Of a stretch of DNA of 64,000 bases, positions 1-8,766 are shown in pieces. The stretch's first letter is position 1, and every line of letters begins with the position of its first letter. The notes below the pieces were generated by a model. That model was not told the DNA's origin. It ran no database searches and saw nothing but the letters and a program-made list of their open reading frames with translations. Both the position numbers and the translations under genes were made by a program. The stretch is from Candidatus Dojkabacteria bacterium (lineage in GTDB: Bacteria; Patescibacteriota; Dojkabacteria; SC72), in assembly GCA_016182915.1 (NCBI GenBank), contig JACPFP010000002.1, positions 155,188 through 219,187 on the forward strand, read 5' to 3'.

Positions 1-827
1 ACCTCAGTATAGTCCCCTGAGACTTTAGCCTCTGAAAATATAGTTGAGAGTCTTTCAGTTATAAGTTTGAGAAGATTTAGGGAGTGACCTACCCCAGAGA
101 TAGCTTTTGAGTCAGTATAATCTAAGAAGATTCTGTAGTTTGAAGGTATGTACAATCCTACCTTACCCTCCTTTGAGACAGTTACGTTGTAATCTGAACA
201 GCTAGTAGAACAGACCTTTAATAGAACATTCTCCCCTTTTCTCTCTGTCACATACTCTCTAAATTCGTAAGAATACTTTAGTTCTTTCCCGTCAATTGAG
301 ACTATAGTTCCAGAATTTGGTAGCTGAGCCTGCTGAGCCATTCCATCCTTTGCAACCTCTGAGTATTTAACATCCCCTTTCCTTTCGAGTGAAATCTTAC
401 CTACCACTGGCTTAAATGTCCTTGCCTGTTCCCCTAACTCCCATTTATATGAAGAGGATATAATAAACCCGTAGTATATTGATATTGCAAAGATAAGGTT
501 CATTGTTACTCCGGCAAGAAGAATAACCACCTGTTTCCATCTGCCGATATTCTTAAAATTCCTCGGATTTTTCGTTTCGCTACTATCAAGAACCTCATCT
601 CCTTCTCCCAATATCTTTACATAGCCTCCGAGAGGAAACATATTTATTCTATACTCAGTTTCTCCAATTGTTTTTCCAAATATTTTCGGTCCCAAACCTA
701 TTGCAAATGCCTCTACCTTTACCTTGAAATATTTAGCACTGAGAAAATGACCGAGCTCATGAATAGTTACTAGAAAGCCAATAATTAATAGCACTATAAT
801 TATATTCACAAGAATTTCAACCATCAT
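1..827 (-). CDS. rseP: RseP-like site-2 protease (M50 zinc metalloprotease with PDZ), N-terminal part; gene continues beyond window start
   Basis: Reverse-strand translation from ATG at 827 gives MMVEILVNIIIVLLIIGFLVTIHELGHF...NMFPLGGYVK, with the HExxH and LGG motifs of the RseP family. It runs off the window edge and lies downstream of frr as in the conserved frr-uppS-cdsA-rseP neighbourhood. Confidence 0.8.
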   Translation of the reverse strand, partial: MMVEILVNIIIVLLIIGFLVTIHELGHFLSAKYFKVKVEAFAIGLGPKIFGKTIGETEYRINMFPLGGYVKILGEGDEVLDSSETKNPRNFKNIGRWKQVVILLAGVTMNLIFAISIYYGFIISSSYKWELGEQARTFKPVVGKISLERKGDVKYSEVAKDGMAQQAQLPNSGTIVSIDGKELKYSYEFREYVTERKGENVLLKVCSTSCSDYNVTVSKEGKVGLYIPSNYRIFLDYTDSKAISGVGHSLNLLKLITERLSTIFSEAKVSGDYTE

Positions 828-861
828 GATACGCAATTATTTTAATATAAGGGTTTATAGA

Positions 862-1407
862 CTATACAGTCATAAGTTCAGATTCCTTCTTCTCTCTAAT
901 CTCCTCGATTCTCTCATTCGTCTTCTTTACAATCTTCTCCGCCTCTTCTTTAGCTCTTTTTCCCTCATCCTGAGAAACCCCAGACGAAACCATAGCTTCG
1001 GTATTTTGCATAAATTCATGCCTTACATTTCGAACAGCAATTCTTCCTGTTTCAATCTTTTCCTTCATTACACGTACGAACTCCTTCCTTCTCTCTTCAT
1101 TCAACTCAGGAATCCTAACTCGAACATAATCACCTTCAATTGAGGGTTGGAACCCTAGATTAGAGGCACTAACTCCCTTTTCAATACTTTCAACTAAAGA
1201 CTTATCCCATGGCTGTATCAGCAATGATCTGCTGTCTGAGACCGAAATATTAGCAACTGATTTCATATTGGAAATTCCACCGTATGCGTTTACCTTTATA
1301 TCCTCAACAAGTTCAGGAGTTGCACGTCCAGTATGAATCTGGGAGAGATCAGCTTGAAGTTTCTCAATACATTTATCTAGGTTTGTTTGAAATTCATTCA
1401 AATCCAT
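862..1407 (-). CDS. frr: ribosome recycling factor
   Basis: 181 aa with RRF-like sequence throughout (…VRNVRHEFM…KRAKEEAEK…). Positioned downstream of tsf. Confidence 0.9.
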   Translation of the reverse strand: MDLNEFQTNLDKCIEKLQADLSQIHTGRATPELVEDIKVNAYGGISNMKSVANISVSDSRSLLIQPWDKSLVESIEKGVSASNLGFQPSIEGDYVRVRIPELNEERRKEFVRVMKEKIETGRIAVRNVRHEFMQNTEAMVSSGVSQDEGKRAKEEAEKIVKKTNERIEEIREKKESELMTV

Positions 1408-1469
1408 AATGCTAATACATAAACTTATTAGAAAATTATACCATCAATTTTAAGGAATAACAGAGTGTA

Positions 1470-2183
1470 CTACTTACCTAACTCCCAAATCATTATTCTT
1501 CTGATTGTGAGAGGTTCACCAAGTTTCTGGATATTCTCATCCAGAAGAGATTGAATAGTTTTTGATTCATCTTTAAACCACTTCTGTTCAAGAAGGCAAT
1601 GCTCACTATAGAATTTTGCAAATTTTCCTTCAGAGATTTTATCCCACATATTTTCTGGTTTTCCTTCCTCTTTAAGCTCTCGTGCAAAGAGTTCTTTAAG
1701 TTCATCTTTCTTCTCCTGAGGAACCTGATCCTTTGATACATACTGTGGTTTCATCGCTGCAACTTGTAGGGCAACTTCATGTACGAAAGATTTGAACTCG
1801 TCGTTTCTCGCAACAAAATCTGTCTTACATGCAACCTCAACAACAGACATAAGCCTTTTATCTAGTCCATGTACATACGCGTCTATCATTCCTTCAACCT
1901 TTTCTGAAGTATCATTACCTACTGGATCGTTCCAACCTCTCTCATTGATTATTGCGACGGCCTTCTCAAAATCATTACCTGCATCTTCAAGGGCTAATTT
2001 ACAAAGCCCAATCTTTGCTCCTGTGAGGTTCCTTAATCTACTGACAACATCACTCTTGGAGTTTATATATTCAACAGCCTTCTGCATATCTCCTCCTGCA
2101 CTTTCCAAGGCTTCTTTACACAGTCCCATTCCAGCAGAGGTCTTTGCTCTTAGCGCTTTAATATCGTCAAGTGTGTATGACAT
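1470..2183 (-). CDS. tsf: elongation factor Ts with duplicated N-terminal UBA-like module
   Basis: 237 aa. Two consecutive copies of the EF-Ts N-terminal motif (LRAKTSAGMGLCKEALESAGGDMQKAVEYI and LRNLTGAKIGLCKLALEDAGNDFEKAVAII), followed by the EF-Ts core. Sits between rpsB and frr. Confidence 0.9.
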   Translation of the reverse strand: MSYTLDDIKALRAKTSAGMGLCKEALESAGGDMQKAVEYINSKSDVVSRLRNLTGAKIGLCKLALEDAGNDFEKAVAIINERGWNDPVGNDTSEKVEGMIDAYVHGLDKRLMSVVEVACKTDFVARNDEFKSFVHEVALQVAAMKPQYVSKDQVPQEKKDELKELFARELKEEGKPENMWDKISEGKFAKFYSEHCLLEQKWFKDESKTIQSLLDENIQKLGEPLTIRRIMIWELGK

Positions 2184-2217
2184 TAGATGTATATAATAAA
2201 AGTTATGTAAAAGTCTC

Positions 2218-3111
2218 TTACTTAGCCTTGCTTACAACTCTAACGGTTCTTGTTGAAGCTTCGTCTATTGACTTACCCTCTTTAAGAGCCTTAATTCTCT
2301 CTCTCTCCTGTTCTTCCATAAGTCTCTTCTTCTCAACATCTGCGGCATATGCCTCAGCCATTTTAAGAAGTTTGTTCTCTTCTTCCTTTCTTAATGTGAG
2401 GAGTGACTTAGCTCTGATTCCTTCCTTAATAGCAAGACCAAACATCTTTATGAAAAGGGAGATACTCTTGATTGAATCATCATTAGCAGGGACTGGGAAT
2501 GTAACGAGTTTTGGATCACTGTTTGTATCGATAAGAGAAACAATTGGCATTCCAACATTCTTAGCTTCTTTAACTGCATTCTTCTCCAACTTACTGTCAA
2601 TAACAACCATTAATGTTGGAAGTTTATCCATGAATTTGATTCCACTGTAGATCTTGTTTAGTCTTTCAACATCTCTCTTCATAAGTAGCTGCTCTTTCTT
2701 AACTAGCCCTTCTCCACCTGATGCTAATGTTTCTTCCATTGAGACTAGCTTATCGACACTCTTCTTGATTGCTTTAAAGTTTGTAAAAAGTCCACCTGGC
2801 CATCTTTTATTAATGTAGAAAGCTCCACTCTCTTCTGCCATTACCTGTACTAGAGAAGCTGCCTGTCCTTTTGTTCCGACAACTAGAATATTTCCTGTAT
2901 CAGAAGCAGACTTGATTGCAGTTAAAGCTTTCTTTAACTGTGTAAGGGTAGAGATTAGGTCAATGATATGTACCCCATTTCTTTGGGCATATATAAATGG
3001 TTTCATTTTTGGATTCCAGGCACTGGTCTTATGACCGAAGTGTACTCCTGCAGCTAAAAGCTCATCGAGAGATGGGAGTGTAAACTCCACTGTTTTTGTA
3101 GGTTCTTGCAT
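2218..3111 (-). CDS. rpsB: 30S ribosomal protein S2 with K/E-rich C-terminal extension
   Basis: VHFGHKTSAWNPKMKPFIY... is the S2 signature. 297 aa with a ~60 aa charged tail. Confidence 0.95.
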   Translation of the reverse strand: MQEPTKTVEFTLPSLDELLAAGVHFGHKTSAWNPKMKPFIYAQRNGVHIIDLISTLTQLKKALTAIKSASDTGNILVVGTKGQAASLVQVMAEESGAFYINKRWPGGLFTNFKAIKKSVDKLVSMEETLASGGEGLVKKEQLLMKRDVERLNKIYSGIKFMDKLPTLMVVIDSKLEKNAVKEAKNVGMPIVSLIDTNSDPKLVTFPVPANDDSIKSISLFIKMFGLAIKEGIRAKSLLTLRKEEENKLLKMAEAYAADVEKKRLMEEQERERIKALKEGKSIDEASTRTVRVVSKAK

Positions 3112-3341
3112 AATTTTTGTTCCTTTCCTTATACACCTATCTCATAAAGGGAAGATCATTCCCAGGAAAAGGTATGAGATATGTGAGCTAAATAAATATA
3201 TTAATTACAGGGAGGATAATACCAGAAATGGGGCATCGTCACAAGAGTATGGAGATCTAATTGTTAATCTAACACTATACCCGCAATCAGTTATAGGATA
3301 GCATTATATATCTCAATTACGGAAGCTTTTGGCATTAGGTA

Positions 3342-4376
3342 TTAATTCTTAACTACCTTCGCCTCCTCATAGTGTTCACGAATAATCTCTTCTACCTGCT
3401 TCATAGCATCCTCAATGCTCTGGGCTTTAATCGTAAAGCCTGCTCCAGTTACATGCCCGCCACCCTTTAGATACTTGGCTAAGATTGTGCAATCAACGGT
3501 ATCTAACTTTGATCTGAAAGATCCGGTATACGTAACGCCATCACTAAACGTTTCATCTGGAGCTAATGTATAGCAGAAATCAACCCCAAATATGCAGTTA
3601 AGAACCTGATCTACGTAATATCTTCTCGCCTTTTTATAGTTATGTACACTCATCTTACCTTTCATCTCCTGGTTATATTCATCCATTGTTATATATGCCC
3701 GTGCATGCTTTTCTCCGTACGACACATGCTGCCCAAACTTCGACATCACAACCAGATCCATATTTGTAAATCCAAAAAGCCTGTCACTAATATCCCTTAT
3801 GTTATATCCCCTATCCAAAAGATCCGCGAAGACTTCAAAAGTATCTCGGTAACCGTCCATTTTATAGTAGAAACGATAGGTATCACCAATAACCCCAGTC
3901 ATATATGTTTCTTCCCACCCTTCGTAAGTTTTCCAACCCTCCCTCTTAACGAGAACTTCGTAAATTACATCTGCACATGAGAATCTCTCCTCTCTTACAT
4001 AGAAATCAAAGTCCTTATCCCCCATTGAGTGATGATCAAACATTGCTGATTTCCTCCCTTTCAGTAGCTTAATAAGCTCATCAGTGGAGTATGTAAACCT
4101 ATCTAAACGATTACCGTCTACAAGGGCGACTAGTTCTGCTTCGTTCTCCTTAACTTTCTCTAAAATACCTCCATACTGAATCTCACTAAACCCTTTTAAG
4201 TAATTTAGGTTATCAAACGGCTCCTCTGAATCAATAACCATAGTTACTTTTACATTTGGATAGTTTTCTTTGATTAGATTACCCAAAAAAAGAACTGAGG
4301 CATATGCGTCAAAATCTGGGGTTTGATGACCAGCAATAAGAACACTTTTAACTTGGGATACTAAATCCTTAAACAT
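3342..4376 (-). CDS. DHH/DHHA1 family phosphoesterase (NrnA-like)
   Basis: N-terminal DHH motifs (HQTPDFDAYAS, DHH) and C-terminal DHHA1 GGGH motif (GGGHVTGAGF). Confidence 0.8.
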   Translation of the reverse strand: MFKDLVSQVKSVLIAGHQTPDFDAYASVLFLGNLIKENYPNVKVTMVIDSEEPFDNLNYLKGFSEIQYGGILEKVKENEAELVALVDGNRLDRFTYSTDELIKLLKGRKSAMFDHHSMGDKDFDFYVREERFSCADVIYEVLVKREGWKTYEGWEETYMTGVIGDTYRFYYKMDGYRDTFEVFADLLDRGYNIRDISDRLFGFTNMDLVVMSKFGQHVSYGEKHARAYITMDEYNQEMKGKMSVHNYKKARRYYVDQVLNCIFGVDFCYTLAPDETFSDGVTYTGSFRSKLDTVDCTILAKYLKGGGHVTGAGFTIKAQSIEDAMKQVEEIIREHYEEAKVVKN

Positions 4377-4446
4377 TTAATGGCAACGATTTAAGTTATG
4401 ACGGTAAATATACTCTAAAAAGAGGAGAAAAAGAAGTGAGGATACA

Positions 4447-5172
4447 CTAGTATCCCATCTCCTGGATAATTTCTGAGAAGTCATTGATTACGAAGTCCGG
4501 AACAACCCTTATTTGCATATCCTGCCCCATTGGATTACCATCCTCTGGTGGGTCAAACATACCCGCTCTTATACCTACTAACTGGGCTCCTCTGATATCA
4601 TTTTTATAGTTATTCCCCAACATTATAGTTTCTTTAGCCTCAACCTCTAACTTTGATATAGCAAGGGTGAAGAGAGCACCGAAAGGTTTCTCGAAGATTA
4701 CCTCTTCAGAAGCAAATATCTGGTCTAGGTACGGTATTAGACCTGCAGCCTTAACCTTTTTAATTCTCAGCCCCAGAGCACCATCTGAGATAACCGATAT
4801 CTTTACTCCATGTTCCCGAAGGGTCTTTAATGTACTTTTAACGTTATCGTAAACGACAATATGCTCAAGAAAGTACTGCCAATACATATCTTCAACATCA
4901 GGCAGAATTGAAAGATCATATACTTTAACAACCTCATCCAAAGCCATTCTGAATACAAGAATTCTACTGTGTCTTGTATGAACACTTGGAAAACTTCTCT
5001 GAATAATCATCTCTTTATCCATTACTGTATTAAAGAAGGTTTTCTCATCGAGTGAAAATCTTTTGGTTAGATGCTTTGTAACATGCAAAAGCGCCTTGTC
5101 ATAGAGAGTATTACTTTTAATCAGGGTATCGTCTAAATCTAGGAGTAATGCTTTGTATTTCTTGGTTTTCAT
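4447..5172 (-). CDS. HAD superfamily hydrolase
   Basis: Motif I LLDLDDTLI near the N-terminus. 241 aa. Confidence 0.75.
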   Translation of the reverse strand: MKTKKYKALLLDLDDTLIKSNTLYDKALLHVTKHLTKRFSLDEKTFFNTVMDKEMIIQRSFPSVHTRHSRILVFRMALDEVVKVYDLSILPDVEDMYWQYFLEHIVVYDNVKSTLKTLREHGVKISVISDGALGLRIKKVKAAGLIPYLDQIFASEEVIFEKPFGALFTLAISKLEVEAKETIMLGNNYKNDIRGAQLVGIRAGMFDPPEDGNPMGQDMQIRVVPDFVINDFSEIIQEMGY

Positions 5173-5217
5173 AATGGCAGTTTCTGTAAATTATGGGCAA
5201 ATCTGGTATATCATACA

Positions 5218-5850
5218 CTATATTTCCACCCTACTCCAACCGTTTTCGCTAATAACCAGATGATCTAGAAGTACAAGACCCACAATATCGAAACTTTTTT
5301 TGAGGTTTTTTGTAAATTCGATATCCTCATTACTCGGAGTGTGGTCTCCGGAAGGATGATTATGTGCAATAACTATAAACGCACAGTTCTGAGTAAGGGC
5401 TGGGAAGATAATATCCCTGGGTTTAACAGATATCCTGCTTAAACCACCGATCGCAATTGTCTGTTTTTTGAGAATCTCGTATCTCGCATTTAAAAATATG
5501 GCAACGAAGTGTTCCTTCTTGTATTTACTGATGTAACTGAGGATGTTCCACGCTTCCTGAGTGTTGATAACTCTGGTCTTCTTATCCTTATGTAGATTAT
5601 ATATTCTCACACCAAGCTCTATACCTGCCAAGATCTGCATCGCTTTCACCCTACCTACTCCCTTCACACTTTGTATTTCTAGGAAAGGATTTAGTCCTTG
5701 TGAAACAGAATGCTCAAGTGATGCTTCAACCCTCCTTGCAACCGTTCTAAAGTTATACCCTTTAACTCCATTTGACAGTATAATAGCAATCAAATCTTGA
5801 TTACTTAAAGCTCGAACTCCTCTCATTTGAAACTTCTCTCTAGGTTGCAT
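5218..5850 (-). CDS. radC: RadC-like JAB/MPN domain protein
   Basis: C-terminal JAMM motif HNHPSGDHTPSNED, with an N-terminal HhH-like region. Confidence 0.85.
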   Translation of the reverse strand: MQPREKFQMRGVRALSNQDLIAIILSNGVKGYNFRTVARRVEASLEHSVSQGLNPFLEIQSVKGVGRVKAMQILAGIELGVRIYNLHKDKKTRVINTQEAWNILSYISKYKKEHFVAIFLNARYEILKKQTIAIGGLSRISVKPRDIIFPALTQNCAFIVIAHNHPSGDHTPSNEDIEFTKNLKKSFDIVGLVLLDHLVISENGWSRVEI

Positions 5851-5884
5851 AGAGAAATTGTACAGGACGAAGATGAAATATTTC

Positions 5885-7975
5885 TTAACTTTCCTTTTTC
5901 GCCTTCTTTATATACTTACACTTAGGGTATGCACTACACCCGGTAAATGTTTTTCCCCACCTTCCTTTTCTTTCAACCAGATTACTACCACATTCAGGAC
6001 ATTTCTCAAGAAGTCTTAATGGCAAAGCCGTTTTACACTTAGGATAATCGATACATGCCCAATATCTACCAAACTTACCGTTCTTAATAATCATATCCTT
6101 ACCACATGTTGCGCATTTATCCTCTTTAACATACTTATTCTCATCTAGTACAAAGTCATCACTCTCAAGATTCTTCATACCTTTACACTCAGGGAAGTTC
6201 GAGCAGCTAAGGAACTTACCGAATCTACCAAGCTTAACAACCATATCAGATCCACACTCAGGACATTTCTCGTCGGACTTCTCTAAAACGACAATGTCTT
6301 CCTTCTTAACTTCCTTATCAATTCTTTCAATATCGGCCATCAGTGGCTTATACTCTTGATCTATGAATGGCTCATATTTTACCTTACCTAAAGCAATTCC
6401 ATCCAATCCATCTTCAACCTTAGCTGTGTATTTATAGTCAACCATCCTTGTAAAATGGCTTACTAAAAATCCATTCACAATCATACCTATATCTGTAGGA
6501 GCAAGCTTCTTCTCGATCTTAACTACATATCCCCTATCCATGATTGTGCTTATTGTAGTGGCATATGTAGAAGGTCTCCCTACTCCCAATAGTTCAAGCT
6601 GTTTTACAAGAGTCGCCTCTGTATATCTTGATTTCGGTTCTGTAAATTTCTGCAAAGGCGTTACCTCTTTCTTATCAAGTAGATCTCCCTGCTCAATCTT
6701 GCTAATCTCCTGAACATCCTCATCTTCCTTACCGTACTTCACATTCCAAAGCTTTTTGAATCCTTCAAAAGTACAGTTCTGAGCCTTAACATTGAATGTA
6801 TACTTCTCTTTCATCCCCTCAGGAGAGGCATCGATATTGTAGGTGTCGTAGAGGGCTGGTGACATCTGAGAAGCTAATGCTCTATTTCTTATAAGGTCGT
6901 AGAGCTTCTTCTCCTGAGCCTCAGCGTCTCCAAGCGCTGCACTTGATTTACTTATATCTGTAGGTCTAATTGCTTCGTGAGCTTCCTGAGCCAACTTACT
7001 ACTCTTCTTAAAGTAGTTTGGAGTTGCAGGAACGTAGCTATCTCCAAAACTCTTACTTATATAACCTCTAAAGGCATCAATTGCGTCCTTACTTAAGTTC
7101 ACAGAGTCTGTTCTCATGTATGTAATGTGCCCTTTCTGATACAAACCTTGAGCTAGTGCCATAGTTTTCTTTGCTGAGTATCCAAGATGGTTGTTTCCAG
7201 CCTGCTGTAGGGTTGAAGTTGTAAATGGAGGTGGTGCACTAGCGACCCTTTTTCCTTTCTTAACGGCCTCAATTGAATATTTAGGCGAATTAATATCTTG
7301 TAGTATTTCTTCTATTTGAGCTGAGTTATTTGCTTTGAATGTTTTACCGTTTACCTTTACAAGTTTGAACCTCACAACATCCCCATTCTGTGTAATCAGG
7401 TCAACATAAACTTCCCAATACTCCTGGGGAATGAAGGATGTAATTTCACTTTCTCGTTCGGCAATAAGTCTGAGGGCAACTGACTGAACTCTTCCTGCAG
7501 ATAGTCCATAACGGATCTTTTTCCAAAGCAGACCTGATACCTTATATCCTACCAATCTATCTAGTACTCTTCTGGCAAACTGAGCTGTAACGAGATCCAT
7601 ATCGACAACTCTTGGTGAGTTTATAGACTTAAGTACTGCATCTTTTGTAATCTCGTTGAAGGTAATTCTCTTTGGATCTTTAAGCTTTAAAGCCTGTGCA
7701 GCATGGTATGCGATAGCCTCTCCCTCACGGTCAGGGTCCATGGCTAGGTATACCGAACCATCTTTAGGAACTTCTTTCCTTAGCTTTGTAAGTAGGGTTC
7801 CCTTCCCCTTTATAGTTACAAAATCAGGCTTATATCCGTTATCTACATCAACCGCAAGTTTATTTTTAGGCAAATCTATAACATGTCCAAGGGTAGCAAA
7901 TACTTTATATTCTTTCCCAAGATACTTCTCAATTGTTTTTGCTTTTGCAGGTGACTCTACAAGTACTAAGTTCAT
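5885..7975 (-). CDS. topA: DNA topoisomerase I with three C-terminal C4 zinc ribbons
   Basis: Toprim N-terminus (LVLVESPAKAKTIEKYLG) and a Topo IA core. Three CPECG/CATCG...C zinc-ribbon repeats at the C-terminus. Confidence 0.95.
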   Translation of the reverse strand: MNLVLVESPAKAKTIEKYLGKEYKVFATLGHVIDLPKNKLAVDVDNGYKPDFVTIKGKGTLLTKLRKEVPKDGSVYLAMDPDREGEAIAYHAAQALKLKDPKRITFNEITKDAVLKSINSPRVVDMDLVTAQFARRVLDRLVGYKVSGLLWKKIRYGLSAGRVQSVALRLIAERESEITSFIPQEYWEVYVDLITQNGDVVRFKLVKVNGKTFKANNSAQIEEILQDINSPKYSIEAVKKGKRVASAPPPFTTSTLQQAGNNHLGYSAKKTMALAQGLYQKGHITYMRTDSVNLSKDAIDAFRGYISKSFGDSYVPATPNYFKKSSKLAQEAHEAIRPTDISKSSAALGDAEAQEKKLYDLIRNRALASQMSPALYDTYNIDASPEGMKEKYTFNVKAQNCTFEGFKKLWNVKYGKEDEDVQEISKIEQGDLLDKKEVTPLQKFTEPKSRYTEATLVKQLELLGVGRPSTYATTISTIMDRGYVVKIEKKLAPTDIGMIVNGFLVSHFTRMVDYKYTAKVEDGLDGIALGKVKYEPFIDQEYKPLMADIERIDKEVKKEDIVVLEKSDEKCPECGSDMVVKLGRFGKFLSCSNFPECKGMKNLESDDFVLDENKYVKEDKCATCGKDMIIKNGKFGRYWACIDYPKCKTALPLRLLEKCPECGSNLVERKGRWGKTFTGCSAYPKCKYIKKAKKES

Positions 7976-8023
7976 TTAGTTAGGTATAAAAATTAGCCTT
8001 TATCACGATCAAATTGATTTATA

Positions 8024-8731
8024 TTATACACCACGACTACAAATGTCCAATATTTCATATAAATAGTTAATTGAACTATAACCAGATTTCAAGAGTAAAA
8101 CATTACCACCATATCCTCTATCGAGGAGGTTAATTTTATCGTTTACATAGACCCTTCTTCCTAGTTTCCCTGCGTAGTGAACAGTACTCATGGTTCCACT
8201 TCTAATATCACCTTTGAACATAATTAACAGGTGGCACATAGAAGAGATAACCCAGTTTCTCTGTAGGAACATTTTCTTCTGCAATACAATCGTGTCGGGA
8301 TATAACCATAGGTATAAGATATTTGGCTGAGATTCTTCAGTGTTACAAGATCTAAGTTTTTTAAATGGGGTGACAACTACAACCTTCCCCTTATACTTAA
8401 TAATCGAATTTAAAGCTACATTATCTACCCCTCTCGCTCCACCAATAATGAAAATAATCCTATTCCCTGTTCTCTCAATCAATCTTCTAATTGTATCTGT
8501 AACTAACTCTTCCACATGTATATCTAATACCCTAGAACCTGTAATACATATATATAAATCTCTTTCATTGACCAGCAGATCTAAATTACCTGATATATAT
8601 ATTTCATTCGGAGGCTTTGGAATAGCAAGGATTCGTTTAGGATATATGTTGGAGGTCGAGGATATAATTTGGATTCCGTTATTAAAGATAGACGCATCCT
8701 CCCACAGCCCGAAATTGAAAAGATTATTCAT
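8024..8731 (-). CDS. dprA: DNA processing protein DprA/Smf (Rossmann domain only)
   Basis: GGARGVD motif typical of DprA. 235 aa (short form), adjacent to topA as in many bacteria. Confidence 0.8.
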   Translation of the reverse strand: MNNLFNFGLWEDASIFNNGIQIISSTSNIYPKRILAIPKPPNEIYISGNLDLLVNERDLYICITGSRVLDIHVEELVTDTIRRLIERTGNRIIFIIGGARGVDNVALNSIIKYKGKVVVVTPFKKLRSCNTEESQPNILYLWLYPDTIVLQKKMFLQRNWVISSMCHLLIMFKGDIRSGTMSTVHYAGKLGRRVYVNDKINLLDRGYGGNVLLLKSGYSSINYLYEILDICSRGV

Positions 8732-8766
8732 GAGAATAATTATACAGTGGGGAAATGAACTTTTCG

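Noticed and set aside
826-2650. Plus-strand ORFs 826-1143, 1792-2196 and 2171-2650, and minus-strand ORF 1493-1741, overlapping frr/tsf/rpsB.
   Set aside because: They lie antisense or out of frame to strongly supported conserved genes. Their composition is low-complexity, Ser/Leu-rich and typical of shadow ORFs in AT-rich DNA.
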